Positions 25,831-36,704 of a stretch of DNA of 64,000 nucleotides are shown here, in pieces. Each line of letters begins with the position of its first letter. Positions within the stretch are counted from its first letter, which is position 1. The stretch comes from a virus. Lineage: Duplodnaviria; Caudoviricetes. The position numbers and the translations under genes were made by a program. The DNA lies in the IMG/VR virus record IMGVR_UViG_3300030106_001122, positions 1,309-65,308 of that record. One strand, given 5' to 3'. The notes beneath the pieces were generated by a model, which had not been told where the DNA came from, ran no database searches, and saw nothing but the letters and a program-made list of their open reading frames with translations.

Positions 25831-28800
25831 TTACTGGTGCGCATAACATTTCTTGTTTTTGTTTTCTGTTATATTCTTACATCGCGGACCTTTTCCTTTT
25901 CTAGTGTAAGCTGTACACCTGTACTCTTTTTTACCATCACCATCTAGGTCATCTCCGTCTTTTCTATTTTTTTCAGCCTCAGCTCTTTTTATTTTATTTT
26001 CTTCTTTTTTCTTTTTATCTTCTTTTTCTTTCTTTTCTTTACGATCTTGCTTAGCTTCTTCTTTAGCTTGCTTTAAGTCTTCGTCTTCAATATTTAAACT
26101 CCATTTATCCCAACCAAGTAGCAGTGCTATTCTTTTCCAGTCTTCATTATTGCTATTAAAAACCTCCTCTATGTTCTGAGCTTTTCTAATAACTCTAGCT
26201 ACAGGTACGTTAGTGGCAGCTTCAATTACGTTACCAACAACATCTAGTGCTGGGTTATCTACATCAAATCCCATTTTTTCAGAAACTCCTTCATTAAACT
26301 CTTTACTGTAGACAGCTTTCATTATCTTTCTAATTTTGCTACCTATAGGTGGTGATAACTGAACTAGCTCTAAACCTACTTTAGATAACTCTCTCTTACC
26401 ATAAGGCTTCTCACTCTCCTCGTAATACTTCATAATAGTATTCTTAATAGTAGAAGCCATAGCACCGTAAACACCTGTACCTCTTAGTATAGTATCTAAA
26501 GCACCGTTAGCAACTCTAGTAACTTTAGTTTTAGTTTTCTCTTCTTCTTCATCACCACCAAACATTAAGAAAGCTAAACCACTTTGTAAGCTACCGAATA
26601 TAACGTTTTGCATAGCGCCGTAATACATTATCCTAGACACGTGAGCTTTCCAATCACCTCTACCGTTAACTAAATCAGATATAGCTTTCTTAGTTAGTCT
26701 AGTGTATTGCATTGGTGTATTTTGCCAAGCTAATATTAATCTACCTAAAACACCTGCTTGTTGTTGAGATATAAGATCAGGTCTAGAAGACTGCTGAGTT
26801 TCTTCTGCTATCTCTTGAAAGTCTTCAAATGCTTTTGCCTCAGCATCTTTTTTATTCATACCTTCTTTAAGGTATTTCTTTATTTTATTTCTGTAGAACG
26901 TAGCACCACCAGAAGCTATAGCAAAACTATCTGCTATTTGCGTAGGTGTAAAACCTATTTGCAACAAGTATCTAACAGCTGCTTTGTATTTATCTTTAGG
27001 TCCACTCTTAGCTATAGTGTTAGTAAGCTCAGATAAGTTTACATCAATAGACATACCGGCTCTACGTTGCTTTAACATGTCTGAGTTAAATAGTGTCATG
27101 AAGTCTGACCAGTATTGTTTTTGATTAGCAAACGCAGCTGCAGCTTTAAATATATTATTATCATTCCAGTTTACAAAGTTAACAGTAGATAATGTTTGTA
27201 GCACAGCTGATCTAGCGTTGAAGAACATTACAGCACCTACAGATCCGTTTATCCAATCTAAAAAACCGTTTACTGTTTTGTCTTTACTACCTGTTAACCT
27301 GTTAGTACCAGTTTCCATTCTCTGAAGCATGTTCTCTAGTGCATCTCTAAAGTCTGTACCGTACACAGCTTCTATTTTGTTCATGTTCTCAGGAGAGAAT
27401 ATAACGTTTTTATTTTCAAGCCACTCAGCTAAAAAGTCAGCTCTATTAACCTTACTAGTCTGCTCATTTAAATCAGAGGCTATACTACCAACTGTCCAGT
27501 TTTCTGTTGGCTTCACATAACCGTCTTCAGCTCTAGATATAACACCAATTTTATCTGCTAAAGCTGAAAGCTCTGGGTTAGTACGCACCACGTCAGATAA
27601 CTGAGCTATTTCTAATGGAGATAAACCTGGTACATCTATACCGTTTTTATTCCATAAGTAAACTCTAACAGCGTCACCTCTTGTAAACGCTGTATCACCT
27701 ACAGTATCATTAAGAGTTTTCATTAATGCTTTATGAGTTTTTCTAAGCTCAGAAAACTCATTTGCTATAACTTGCTTTGCTGTGTTTATATTTCTTATAC
27801 CTTTAGAAAAAGGATCTAACAAGTGTTGTTTAAAGAAAGCCATATCAGTATCCCCTTGTTTTCCTTTACCTAAAAAGTTGTAAAGCAAACCTTTAAAATC
27901 TTCTGCTGAAGGTGGAACAAAGAATCTAAATCCACCTGCCTTAGAACCTCTAGCTCTAGCAGCAGCATCAGAGAATATTTTATCTTTAGGTACACCAGTA
28001 TTTCTTTGTAGCATTTCGTTAAACTGTATACCACCTTCTTTGCTAAACTTCATTTTAGCTTGAACAACCTTAGACTTAATATCTAAAGCATCTAATACTT
28101 GCTTAACAGCTTTAACGTTGGGCATAGCGTCGTCAACAAAGTACATATCGTTATAACCCTCGCTAAACTTATTAAGCATCCAGTCTGCTTTAGCAGAGCC
28201 TTCACTCTTACCTAAACCTGTTATATTTTTTAAAGGTATATTAATACCTTTAGACTTTAACCATTCATGTATAGGACCAGCGGCATCTTGCATACGAGCT
28301 GTAAGCACAAATACATTATCAGGACCGTACTTAGTTATTTGGTTTTTCATTTTCTGTAGCAGCGGTCCATCTGTACCACCTCTTACGTTTACAAAATCTG
28401 AAAAGTCAAACTCATATCCTCGTTGTGCAAGCTCTGGACCTTTAATAGGCCACTGATCAGAGCTTATCTTAACCTCTTTACCAGTAGAAGAATCTGTAGC
28501 TATTACAAAGTTTTCACCATCTATAATTAATGTTTCATCAAAGTCAAACGTTGACATACCTTTTGTTGGTGTATCTTTAGACCACATACCCGATCTTCTA
28601 CCTTTCTTTAACTTCTGTAGTTTCTCTTGGGGTAAACTATCAATATCAGAGTGTATAAAGTTAGCAGCCGTAATCCAAGCTTCACCCATCACGTCTGGAT
28701 TACTAGGATCTAAACTAATAAGAGGAGCTATCTCGCTTAGCTCTTGCTTAGTTAAACTTTTAACCAAAGCTAAAGTGTCTTCGTTAAAAGCTCTAGGTTG

Positions 28801-31800
28801 ACCATCTTGTCTTTCAGTAAACTTATTACCTGACGCGTCTATTAAGTTATCTAACTTCTTATGTATAACCTGAACTGTATAGTTGTCCCACACATCATCA
28901 GTCATCTCATTGTTATTAATATAAGAATCTATTATTTTAGATGCTACAGCTTCTTTAGGTGTTCCATGTTCGTATTGGAATATCTTACCAACAGCATTTA
29001 AACCATACTTAGAAACTAAAGCTTTATAGTTAGAAGGAACTCTATCTGCGTAAGCAGCTTTTCTAAGAGGACCATTCATACTAGATCCTAAACTCATAAC
29101 TAACAAACCAAAGTCACCAGCGTTAAAGCTGTCTGCGTTATTATTAACTCTACTCCAAGCTAGGTCTAATATAGTTTTGGCAACTTGCCTAGCTTCTAAA
29201 GAAGCTTTTTTTCTATCGTTAAACGCTTCAACAATGCCTTTGTTTTTAATGTCAGTAAACAAAGCTTTAGTAGACTCTTTTGGCAACGATGTTTCTAGTG
29301 TGGTTCTTGATCCATCAGGAGATACAAGCACGTATGAACCAACCTTACCCGAGGTGTCAACACTGTAGCCTTTAGGCAAACCTTTGTTTATTAAAGCTAT
29401 GTAGTCTGCCTTACCTGAAGTAACTTGCTGTCTGTTTTGTCGAACTCTTTTATTACCTTTTGCATCTAGCTTAAACGATCCGTCGTTGTTTCTTTGCCAT
29501 TTCAAACCGTTCTCACCGTTCCAGTTAGGCGTGTCTACAACTTTACCACCAGGTGTTTCAGCTATATATCTACCGTCACCCATCTTACCTGAACCAGCAA
29601 ACGAAGATATACCGTGAGCTATCATAAGTCTAGCGGCTTCAGCCACGTTATCTGTCTGCTGTACTAAAGCTTTGGTGCTATTAACTATATGACCTCTTTG
29701 AGTATTGAGACCTTGCTTGGTGTTAGCTATTGTACCAGGATTTATAGGTTTACCTTTATCGTTTAAAGGTAATATTTTAGCTAGCATTTTTTTAACACCT
29801 TGAACGTGAGAGTTTATAGCTTTATTCTCTGTAAACACATCTAGTAAGTCTTTACCAGATATACTAGTAAACTTACCTTTAAGCGCTAAGTCTTTTTGTT
29901 TAAAATCTTGAACTTGGTTGTAAGTGTCGTTAACAAGTTTGTTTTTTTGTCTAGCAGTCATAGAGTCACCAAACACTCTATCAGCAGCTGCAGCTATATC
30001 TAAAGCGTCTAAACCACTATTAGAAACTTGTTGGTGAAACTCTTGAATATCACTTGTGCTAGCTTCTTTACTGAACACCATCTCACCTCTACCCTCACCA
30101 AGCTTTGCCATCACAGCGTCGCTAACAGATCCGCTTTGCATAGCCTGAACTCTCATTTGTTGGTTAGCTTCTAGCTGAGCCATCTGAACTACCAAAGCTC
30201 TTATGGCACCATCGTTTCTAGTGCTAGCGTCTGTAGAGCCATCAGCTTGCAGACCAAACCTACCAAGAAACTCTTGCATTGAAACATCGGTACGTTTGTT
30301 TTGAAGAGGTTTACCAGCGGCTGTAGCACCTTCAGCCATAGCTGCTCTTTCACCTTTTACGTAAAAATCACCTAGTTTAGTATTTGCAACACCAGTGGCT
30401 ATACCACTACGTGTATCTCCCTCTGGTAGCAACTCAAGAAGCTGGTTATTAAAAGATCCGTCTGGATTAACAGACTTGTTGTATATTAATTGTTGCGCAG
30501 CTTTTCTTTGCTTAGTATTAAGATCTTGATCTGCTAATATTCTCAATGGGTCAACACCAAACTCTTTAGATACAGCGTCTAAAACTTTAAATAATGGACC
30601 ACTTGGTTTAACATCACCAGTCTTTGTAGCCTTAAATAGTTTAGGCTTACCAGTCTTCTTGTCTATTATTGTGTTACCGTCTTTACCTTTTTTAGTTATT
30701 TTCTCTGCCGAGTTAAGAAAAGCTTTAACATCCTTATAGTTTAAACCATCTAAAGGAACTCCAGCTTCTTTTATAGCATTGTCTATAGCTGTATTAGTTT
30801 GAGCATTAAACTCTAAAACCTCTCTTGCCTTAAGTTCATTAATAACTTGTTGAGCCTCAGCTTTTCTGCCGGGTGTTAAATCAGCGTCATCTAAAGCTTC
30901 TAATGAAGAATCTCTTTGATCTTGTATAACATCGCTTAACGAAGAGCCCTCACCTATAGGTGCGTCAGCTGAAACTGTATCTGCTGCTTGGCTTTTCTTA
31001 TATCTATTCATTACATCACCTTTAGCTCTGTATATAATAGATTTACCAGCACCACCTGAAACACCTGTTAGCCAGCCGAACAAACTCTTGTTTGTATCGT
31101 AGTTATAGTTTTGTAAAAACCTTCTACCCAACTCCTCCTTAACTTCTCTAGTAAAATCTCTCAAAGCTTCAGGCGGTAGGCCAAGCTCGGTCATACCTTG
31201 TTGTATAAGACCATCTAAAGCTTTACCATCCGTTATAGTAAAGTAAGCTTCAGTGCGATCTGGAGACAACTCAAAGTCTTCTGCCGACTGATGTTTAGGA
31301 TTACCATCTTCTGTTTTAGTAAACTTATCAAAAGTCTGCATTAAGTCTGGGTTAGACCTTATGTTAGCTTCTACACTTTTGAAAAACTTTATTCTTGACT
31401 TAGCAGTTTGACCGTCTATTAATTTACCTTTAGCACCTTTAACGGTCATTCGAGATATAGCTCTATTAGCTTGCCCACTTTTTACTGACTTATGAAAGTC
31501 TTTTAAAAAGTTTCTAACGTCGTTAGCATTATTGAAATTCATGTCGTAACCTAAATGTTGTTGTGCAAAGTTTCTAATAATGTCTTTAAACTTTTGAACT
31601 AAACTATCGTTAAACTCAAGATCACCATCAGCCAACATCTCAGAAGCTATAGCTAACATCTCTTCTCCTCTTACATCAGAATCATAACCAGCAATTCTAC
31701 TTTCGTAAATTTGTTTTGCTCTTTCAGACTTGAACTTAAGTTTATTAGATTTTAGTAAATCACCGATCTTAGATCCTAGTCTAAGTCTAGTAGCGGGATC

Positions 31801-34800
31801 TCCTTTTAACGTCTTGTTTAAAACAGCGTGAACAAATTCATGTGCTTTAGTAGATATTTTACCGTTAGTTAAAGCTAAAGCTTTGTTTATATAAATATTA
31901 AAACCTTTATCTGTGGGTATCATACCACCATAAGTGTTGCCCTCACCTACAGCCGCGTCAATACCTTCTTTAGATTGTCTAGCTTGCTGTAATGCCTCTA
32001 ACTGTTTCTTGGCTTCAGCTCTTTCTTGAGGTGTAGAAGCTGGGTCAGATATAATTTCTTGAGCATCTGAAATCATAGAGTCAACCTCTAAAGCTTTCAT
32101 CTGATCGTTAGTAACATTTGTAGATTTTATTTCTACATCGCCACCCATCTCTTTTATCTGAGCGTTAGTTTGATCTATTAAGGTTTGTTGATTAGCTTGG
32201 TGTTTTACTACATCCTTAGGCTTAACACTGTTTAGTATATCGTTCTTAGATTTTTGGTTAGCTTGATACTTCTTTATTATACTTTGACTTCTTCTTTCTT
32301 TTACTTGTGGATCTAAGTTTTTGTTGTTCTTTAATTTGTTGTACTCGTTCTTTAACTTTCTATCTGTATTGTCTATTCTAACTAAGTCAGTTTTTTGTTT
32401 ATCAGAAAGTAAATCTACTCTACCTAAATCTTCTGCTATCAAGTTTTTGTTAATAGCTAATATCTGACCTATCTCATCTTGTATACTCTCTATTTGATCT
32501 ACAGATAAAGAGTTTTTCTTTGTGTTTAAAGTTCTGTTTAATGTTTCTAATCTTTGTCTGTTAGCGTCTAAAGCATCTCTTGCACTAACAGATTTAAAAG
32601 GATTGTACATACTGTTAAACAGTAGAGGTGTCTTCATCGTAGAAGATATTAACGTACCGCTTACAAAAGATTCTAAGCCACCATCAAAAACGCCAATGTC
32701 TTTACCTACAACGTACTTGTCTAATATATTAGTTCCTAACGTAGCTAAAAATTCACTACCACCTTCTTCAAACATGTCTTTACCCGTGTGAAGTAGAGCG
32801 CCTGGAGTAATAACATGTTTTGATAAATAGTTAATAAAACCGCCAACACCAGCTTTTCTAGATGTACTAATACCCATTCTAAGCCCACTCTTTACATATT
32901 TCATTTGGCCAAGAGTAACTCTTTCAGATAAAGCTTCAAAAGTACCACTAGCTAAAGACACACCCATCATAGTCCAGAAGTCAGCATCATAACCATACTT
33001 ACCACCTGAAGACTTAAACAGCTGCCGCTCTTCGTCCATTTGAGAAAACTTCTGACCAGCAGAACTAGCACCCATTAAAACTAAACCAGACGTCCCACCC
33101 GTTGCAGCCATTAAAGCTAGCTGAGGCACTTGCGCTGCAAACATTGTACCAAACCATTCACCGGCGTCGCTAGCGTTTTCTATGTCTTCAAAAGCGATAG
33201 CATCTTGAACTCTCTCTCTATAACTTTCCTGCCAATCATTTACAGCCTTGACACTCATGTCTCTTACGGTTGGTGTGTCGGGGTTTGCATCCCAATCAAC
33301 ACTTGCAAATTGACCTGTTGCAACCTTACCAGCTGTTATAACATCTCTTAAAAATGGATCTGTTATGTGTCCTTCTTCTAGTAAGTAATCAGATATTTCA
33401 CCAAAAGGATTAACCATGTACGTGAACTGTTCTATACCTTGAAGTAAGTCAATGCTAGCATTCACAGCACTGTTAGTCATTTGAGTACCTAACTGATGAT
33501 TCTTACCCATTAAATTAGTATACTCGCTAAACTGCTCTTCATCCATCTCTATGCCACTTAACTTTCTGCTAATAGCACCTTGTGATTTTTGAAGCATCTT
33601 AAGTTCTTCAGCATTCTGGTTATACCGATCTATATAATCTTGCTGCGCTCTTACAAGCTCTTGCATTTCAGCTTGGTCAGAGTTTATAGACTCGTTATAC
33701 TGATCTACCAATAATTGTCTTTCACTGATAAGGTTATCTATTTTAGCTTGTGCATTGTCGGCTTGCTGTTGAGTTGTATATTCACCTTGAGATATTTTCT
33801 TTATCTCAGCCTCTATATTATCTATCTCTTCTGTAGATCTGTCTCTAGATTGTATCTCTTCTATTTTAGCTTGAGTACCTTCAACATCTATGTTAGCCAT
33901 CAAGTCTTTTTGAACAGCTATCATATCGTTATACCTATCTTTTACTATAGCTGCCTCAGCAATAACTTTTTTCTTTTCAGTGTCTAGTGTTTTTAACTTC
34001 TCACCACTATCTCTTTCAAGCTTCTTTTGAAAATCAGTTTTAGTAAACAAGTTACCCCAAGCTCCATCTAAAGCTTCTATTTGCTTTGTTATGTTTTTCT
34101 TTAAAGTCTTATTATTAAAATCAGACTCTGTAAGACGCTTAGTAATATCAACTACTTGCTCGTCGTTGTTTTGTATGCCATCATAAATACTTTGAAGATT
34201 AATATCACCTTTTGATATTTCAGATATATCTTGAGTAGCCATCAACTCTTTGACCTCTTGACTATTTAAACCAACTTCCTCGGCGTATCTGCGTTTAGCT
34301 AATATCATTTTAGCCACGTCAAAATTGTTTCTAGAGGTATTGTTTTTTAAAGTCTCTCTTAAAGTAGAAGGTCTAGGTATACCTAATTCTTTATATCTTT
34401 TATTAACACGATCTTCAAGCTTACCTATTAATCCAGCACCTTCATAACCACTAACGCCTTCTTTTAACATTAACCTACGCTCTTCTTCTTTGATTTCACT
34501 TTCTCGAGCATAATCTTCAGCCGTAAAAGCATCAACTACAGCTTTATCGTTAAGCATTTTGTTAACAACTTCAGAAGCTTTACCTTTGTTTTTTGATCTT
34601 TGATCTACAGTAAGTTCAGTAGCATCAGCCATACCTTCAGCTGCATCATCACCTACATATGAAGCATGCTCCTTTAGAAACGCATTTAATTTAGCTGCAG
34701 ACTTTGCGTCGTTGCTTTCAAAAAAGTTGTCAACATCTACAGATAGTTCTGCACCATCTTTAGATTTAACTTTTATTGAGTCACCCCAACTAGAGTCTTC

Positions 34801-35412
34801 CTCGAAAGTAAAACCATACTTAGAATAAGTTTCTTGAAGTTGATTTAAAGAACCGTCATCATCAAACAAACCAAAGAAGGATATGTCACTTTCATCCGTA
34901 CCCATTAGTTCAGTACTAACCTCTGGCATTTCATCTAAAGCTTTTTCTTTGTCCCTTAATCTTTTTTCTTCTAATATTTTTATAGCCTCTCCATGTTCAG
35001 GGTCTTCTTCGTTAACAGGTATAGACTCACCCTCTCCAACTCTAGACCAACCAGTCTCATAGTTGTAACCATAGTTATCCATGTCTAACAAAGGCAGTTC
35101 AGCCTCTTGTCTAGCCATGTTTAAATCATCAAATTGTTTTAAGTGGGGATTTTGCTCGTCTTCTTCTATTAACTCTTCTGATATAGACTTAGCGTCTTGA
35201 GAGTCCGACGAACCAGTTTCCGATAGTGATTCCGATGCTGTAGTTGTTTGCTCTGCAGTCGCATCCTCTACAGAGCTTTGTGTGTTTCCCTGCTCACCAC
35301 CTACTAGTTGAGCGTTTGGATTATCTTTTAACCATTGCTGTCCTTGCTCTGATTCTACGTTAACATTGTACTCCGTAGGATCATTAGGAAGCTTGTACTT
35401 CTGTCTTGCCAT
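25831..35412 (-). CDS. giant multidomain (polyvalent-like) internal virion/ejection protein, 3193 aa
   Basis: Coiled coils, hydrophobic segment, HEFVH zincin motif, HAD-like domain (FDFDET...LTAR...K...FVDD), C-terminal C-C-C-H knuckle; located in the ejection-protein block. Confidence 0.75.
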   Translation of the reverse strand: MARQKYKLPNDPTEYNVNVESEQGQQWLKDNPNAQLVGGEQGNTQSSVEDATAEQTTTASESLSETGSSDSQDAKSISEELIEEDEQNPHLKQFDDLNMARQEAELPLLDMDNYGYNYETGWSRVGEGESIPVNEEDPEHGEAIKILEEKRLRDKEKALDEMPEVSTELMGTDESDISFFGLFDDDGSLNQLQETYSKYGFTFEEDSSWGDSIKVKSKDGAELSVDVDNFFESNDAKSAAKLNAFLKEHASYVGDDAAEGMADATELTVDQRSKNKGKASEVVNKMLNDKAVVDAFTAEDYARESEIKEEERRLMLKEGVSGYEGAGLIGKLEDRVNKRYKELGIPRPSTLRETLKNNTSRNNFDVAKMILAKRRYAEEVGLNSQEVKELMATQDISEISKGDINLQSIYDGIQNNDEQVVDITKRLTESDFNNKTLKKNITKQIEALDGAWGNLFTKTDFQKKLERDSGEKLKTLDTEKKKVIAEAAIVKDRYNDMIAVQKDLMANIDVEGTQAKIEEIQSRDRSTEEIDNIEAEIKKISQGEYTTQQQADNAQAKIDNLISERQLLVDQYNESINSDQAEMQELVRAQQDYIDRYNQNAEELKMLQKSQGAISRKLSGIEMDEEQFSEYTNLMGKNHQLGTQMTNSAVNASIDLLQGIEQFTYMVNPFGEISDYLLEEGHITDPFLRDVITAGKVATGQFASVDWDANPDTPTVRDMSVKAVNDWQESYRERVQDAIAFEDIENASDAGEWFGTMFAAQVPQLALMAATGGTSGLVLMGASSAGQKFSQMDEERQLFKSSGGKYGYDADFWTMMGVSLASGTFEALSERVTLGQMKYVKSGLRMGISTSRKAGVGGFINYLSKHVITPGALLHTGKDMFEEGGSEFLATLGTNILDKYVVGKDIGVFDGGLESFVSGTLISSTMKTPLLFNSMYNPFKSVSARDALDANRQRLETLNRTLNTKKNSLSVDQIESIQDEIGQILAINKNLIAEDLGRVDLLSDKQKTDLVRIDNTDRKLKNEYNKLKNNKNLDPQVKERRSQSIIKKYQANQKSKNDILNSVKPKDVVKHQANQQTLIDQTNAQIKEMGGDVEIKSTNVTNDQMKALEVDSMISDAQEIISDPASTPQERAEAKKQLEALQQARQSKEGIDAAVGEGNTYGGMIPTDKGFNIYINKALALTNGKISTKAHEFVHAVLNKTLKGDPATRLRLGSKIGDLLKSNKLKFKSERAKQIYESRIAGYDSDVRGEEMLAIASEMLADGDLEFNDSLVQKFKDIIRNFAQQHLGYDMNFNNANDVRNFLKDFHKSVKSGQANRAISRMTVKGAKGKLIDGQTAKSRIKFFKSVEANIRSNPDLMQTFDKFTKTEDGNPKHQSAEDFELSPDRTEAYFTITDGKALDGLIQQGMTELGLPPEALRDFTREVKEELGRRFLQNYNYDTNKSLFGWLTGVSGGAGKSIIYRAKGDVMNRYKKSQAADTVSADAPIGEGSSLSDVIQDQRDSSLEALDDADLTPGRKAEAQQVINELKAREVLEFNAQTNTAIDNAIKEAGVPLDGLNYKDVKAFLNSAEKITKKGKDGNTIIDKKTGKPKLFKATKTGDVKPSGPLFKVLDAVSKEFGVDPLRILADQDLNTKQRKAAQQLIYNKSVNPDGSFNNQLLELLPEGDTRSGIATGVANTKLGDFYVKGERAAMAEGATAAGKPLQNKRTDVSMQEFLGRFGLQADGSTDASTRNDGAIRALVVQMAQLEANQQMRVQAMQSGSVSDAVMAKLGEGRGEMVFSKEASTSDIQEFHQQVSNSGLDALDIAAAADRVFGDSMTARQKNKLVNDTYNQVQDFKQKDLALKGKFTSISGKDLLDVFTENKAINSHVQGVKKMLAKILPLNDKGKPINPGTIANTKQGLNTQRGHIVNSTKALVQQTDNVAEAARLMIAHGISSFAGSGKMGDGRYIAETPGGKVVDTPNWNGENGLKWQRNNDGSFKLDAKGNKRVRQNRQQVTSGKADYIALINKGLPKGYSVDTSGKVGSYVLVSPDGSRTTLETSLPKESTKALFTDIKNKGIVEAFNDRKKASLEARQVAKTILDLAWSRVNNNADSFNAGDFGLLVMSLGSSMNGPLRKAAYADRVPSNYKALVSKYGLNAVGKIFQYEHGTPKEAVASKIIDSYINNNEMTDDVWDNYTVQVIHKKLDNLIDASGNKFTERQDGQPRAFNEDTLALVKSLTKQELSEIAPLISLDPSNPDVMGEAWITAANFIHSDIDSLPQEKLQKLKKGRRSGMWSKDTPTKGMSTFDFDETLIIDGENFVIATDSSTGKEVKISSDQWPIKGPELAQRGYEFDFSDFVNVRGGTDGPLLQKMKNQITKYGPDNVFVLTARMQDAAGPIHEWLKSKGINIPLKNITGLGKSEGSAKADWMLNKFSEGYNDMYFVDDAMPNVKAVKQVLDALDIKSKVVQAKMKFSKEGGIQFNEMLQRNTGVPKDKIFSDAAARARGSKAGGFRFFVPPSAEDFKGLLYNFLGKGKQGDTDMAFFKQHLLDPFSKGIRNINTAKQVIANEFSELRKTHKALMKTLNDTVGDTAFTRGDAVRVYLWNKNGIDVPGLSPLEIAQLSDVVRTNPELSALADKIGVISRAEDGYVKPTENWTVGSIASDLNEQTSKVNRADFLAEWLENKNVIFSPENMNKIEAVYGTDFRDALENMLQRMETGTNRLTGSKDKTVNGFLDWINGSVGAVMFFNARSAVLQTLSTVNFVNWNDNNIFKAAAAFANQKQYWSDFMTLFNSDMLKQRRAGMSIDVNLSELTNTIAKSGPKDKYKAAVRYLLQIGFTPTQIADSFAIASGGATFYRNKIKKYLKEGMNKKDAEAKAFEDFQEIAEETQQSSRPDLISQQQAGVLGRLILAWQNTPMQYTRLTKKAISDLVNGRGDWKAHVSRIMYYGAMQNVIFGSLQSGLAFLMFGGDEEEEKTKTKVTRVANGALDTILRGTGVYGAMASTIKNTIMKYYEESEKPYGKRELSKVGLELVQLSPPIGSKIRKIMKAVYSKEFNEGVSEKMGFDVDNPALDVVGNVIEAATNVPVARVIRKAQNIEEVFNSNNEDWKRIALLLGWDKWSLNIEDEDLKQAKEEAKQDRKEKKEKEDKKKKEENKIKRAEAEKNRKDGDDLDGDGKKEYRCTAYTRKGKGPRCKNITENKNKKCYAHQ

Positions 35413-35444
35413 TACTGTTTCGTTAGTTACCCGTTATTAAAAAT

Positions 35445-36704
35445 TTACCCTATATCTACGCTTTTAACGTTGTTATTTGCAGCGCCTGGGTTAGCGGCGT
35501 TATATTGTTCTACAACAACACTGTGTTGCTTATGCCAAGTCTGTGACATAATATCTGTATAGTAAGTTGTTAACATCTCTTCTCTCTCTGCCTTCATGTC
35601 ACCAGACGTTAGAAACTTTCTTAATATAGACTCTTGGTCTTGAGAAGTTAAAGCATCAGACCCAATTACACCATCTGGATTTTCTTCTCCAGCTGCTCTT
35701 TCTATTTCAAAAGCTTCTTCAGGACTTATACCTAACTGAGCGTATGTTACGTTTGCTAACATACCAGATCCCATTAAATCGTTTTTAAAAGATCTACCAT
35801 CTATTAGCTCATCGTACATTAATGATAGCTTCTTGTCAGAGTTGTTAATTATTTGTTTAACTTTGTTTTTAGCAGAGCCAATGTCAAACTTAGCATCGTG
35901 CTTAGACTCGTCAGCTAAATCTGTCATAGTGTTTTGTAGGGTTAGTAGTTCAGCTTGACTTGCTTGATCTACTCTAAACCTATCAGACATTGCCATAGCT
36001 TCTTCTGCTCCCATGTATTCATACTCACCAGTTTCTTCGTTAAGACTACCTCTTAAACCTATTTTAGATCCAACAACCTCACCAGCATCGTTAATATCAT
36101 CACTTATATTAAATGAATCTTTAGCGGTATGCCCACCTAATATATTTTTTTCATTAGCGTAAGCTTCGTCTTGTAGTGCAGAAGAGTAACCATCGGTATT
36201 AAAAGGTTTACCTTCTCCGTTGGCGTTAACTAGTAAAGATGCGTTATCAGTAGAATATTGTTTTATACCATCAACTTGTTGAGTTCTTTTTTGTAACTCG
36301 TTCATAGCCATCTGTCTTTCTTTCGGACTACCGTTTATAAACTTGCTTTTTAAATCACCGTTTATATTGTCATATAATGCTCCATAGTTTTCGTTACTAA
36401 AGTCACCGTCAGCGGCAAGTATAGCATTAGCGTTACCTGTAGTTTCTTTCTCCCACTTAGCCTCTAGTCTTTTCTTTTCAATTAAAGCTTGTTGCTCTAA
36501 AGCTTCGGCTTCAGATGTAGCCTGCTTCTGCATCTTTGCTTGCTCAGCTTGTTGCTTTTGCTGAGCCACTTCTTTTTTCTTTGCAGAGTTCGCTATTTGC
36601 TTATTAAGATTATTAAATAATTCTTTTCTAGCTTTATCTACTGGACCACCATAATATTTACTAGCGTCCCTGGCTCCTTGTACTAACGTTGCATCTGCTG
36701 CCAT
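35445..36704 (-). CDS. putative internal virion (ejection) protein
   Basis: Helical, Q/A/K-rich; lies between the tail genes and the giant protein. Confidence 0.6.
   Translation of the reverse strand: MAADATLVQGARDASKYYGGPVDKARKELFNNLNKQIANSAKKKEVAQQKQQAEQAKMQKQATSEAEALEQQALIEKKRLEAKWEKETTGNANAILAADGDFSNENYGALYDNINGDLKSKFINGSPKERQMAMNELQKRTQQVDGIKQYSTDNASLLVNANGEGKPFNTDGYSSALQDEAYANEKNILGGHTAKDSFNISDDINDAGEVVGSKIGLRGSLNEETGEYEYMGAEEAMAMSDRFRVDQASQAELLTLQNTMTDLADESKHDAKFDIGSAKNKVKQIINNSDKKLSLMYDELIDGRSFKNDLMGSGMLANVTYAQLGISPEEAFEIERAAGEENPDGVIGSDALTSQDQESILRKFLTSGDMKAEREEMLTTYYTDIMSQTWHKQHSVVVEQYNAANPGAANNNVKSVDIG

Noticed and set aside
25831-35412. Giant protein as a crAss-like or N4-like virion RNA polymerase
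   Set aside because: No convincing catalytic DxDxD in an RNAP context; FDFDET fits a HAD motif I, and DLDGDG lies in the charged C-terminal tail. A structure search is needed to exclude it fully
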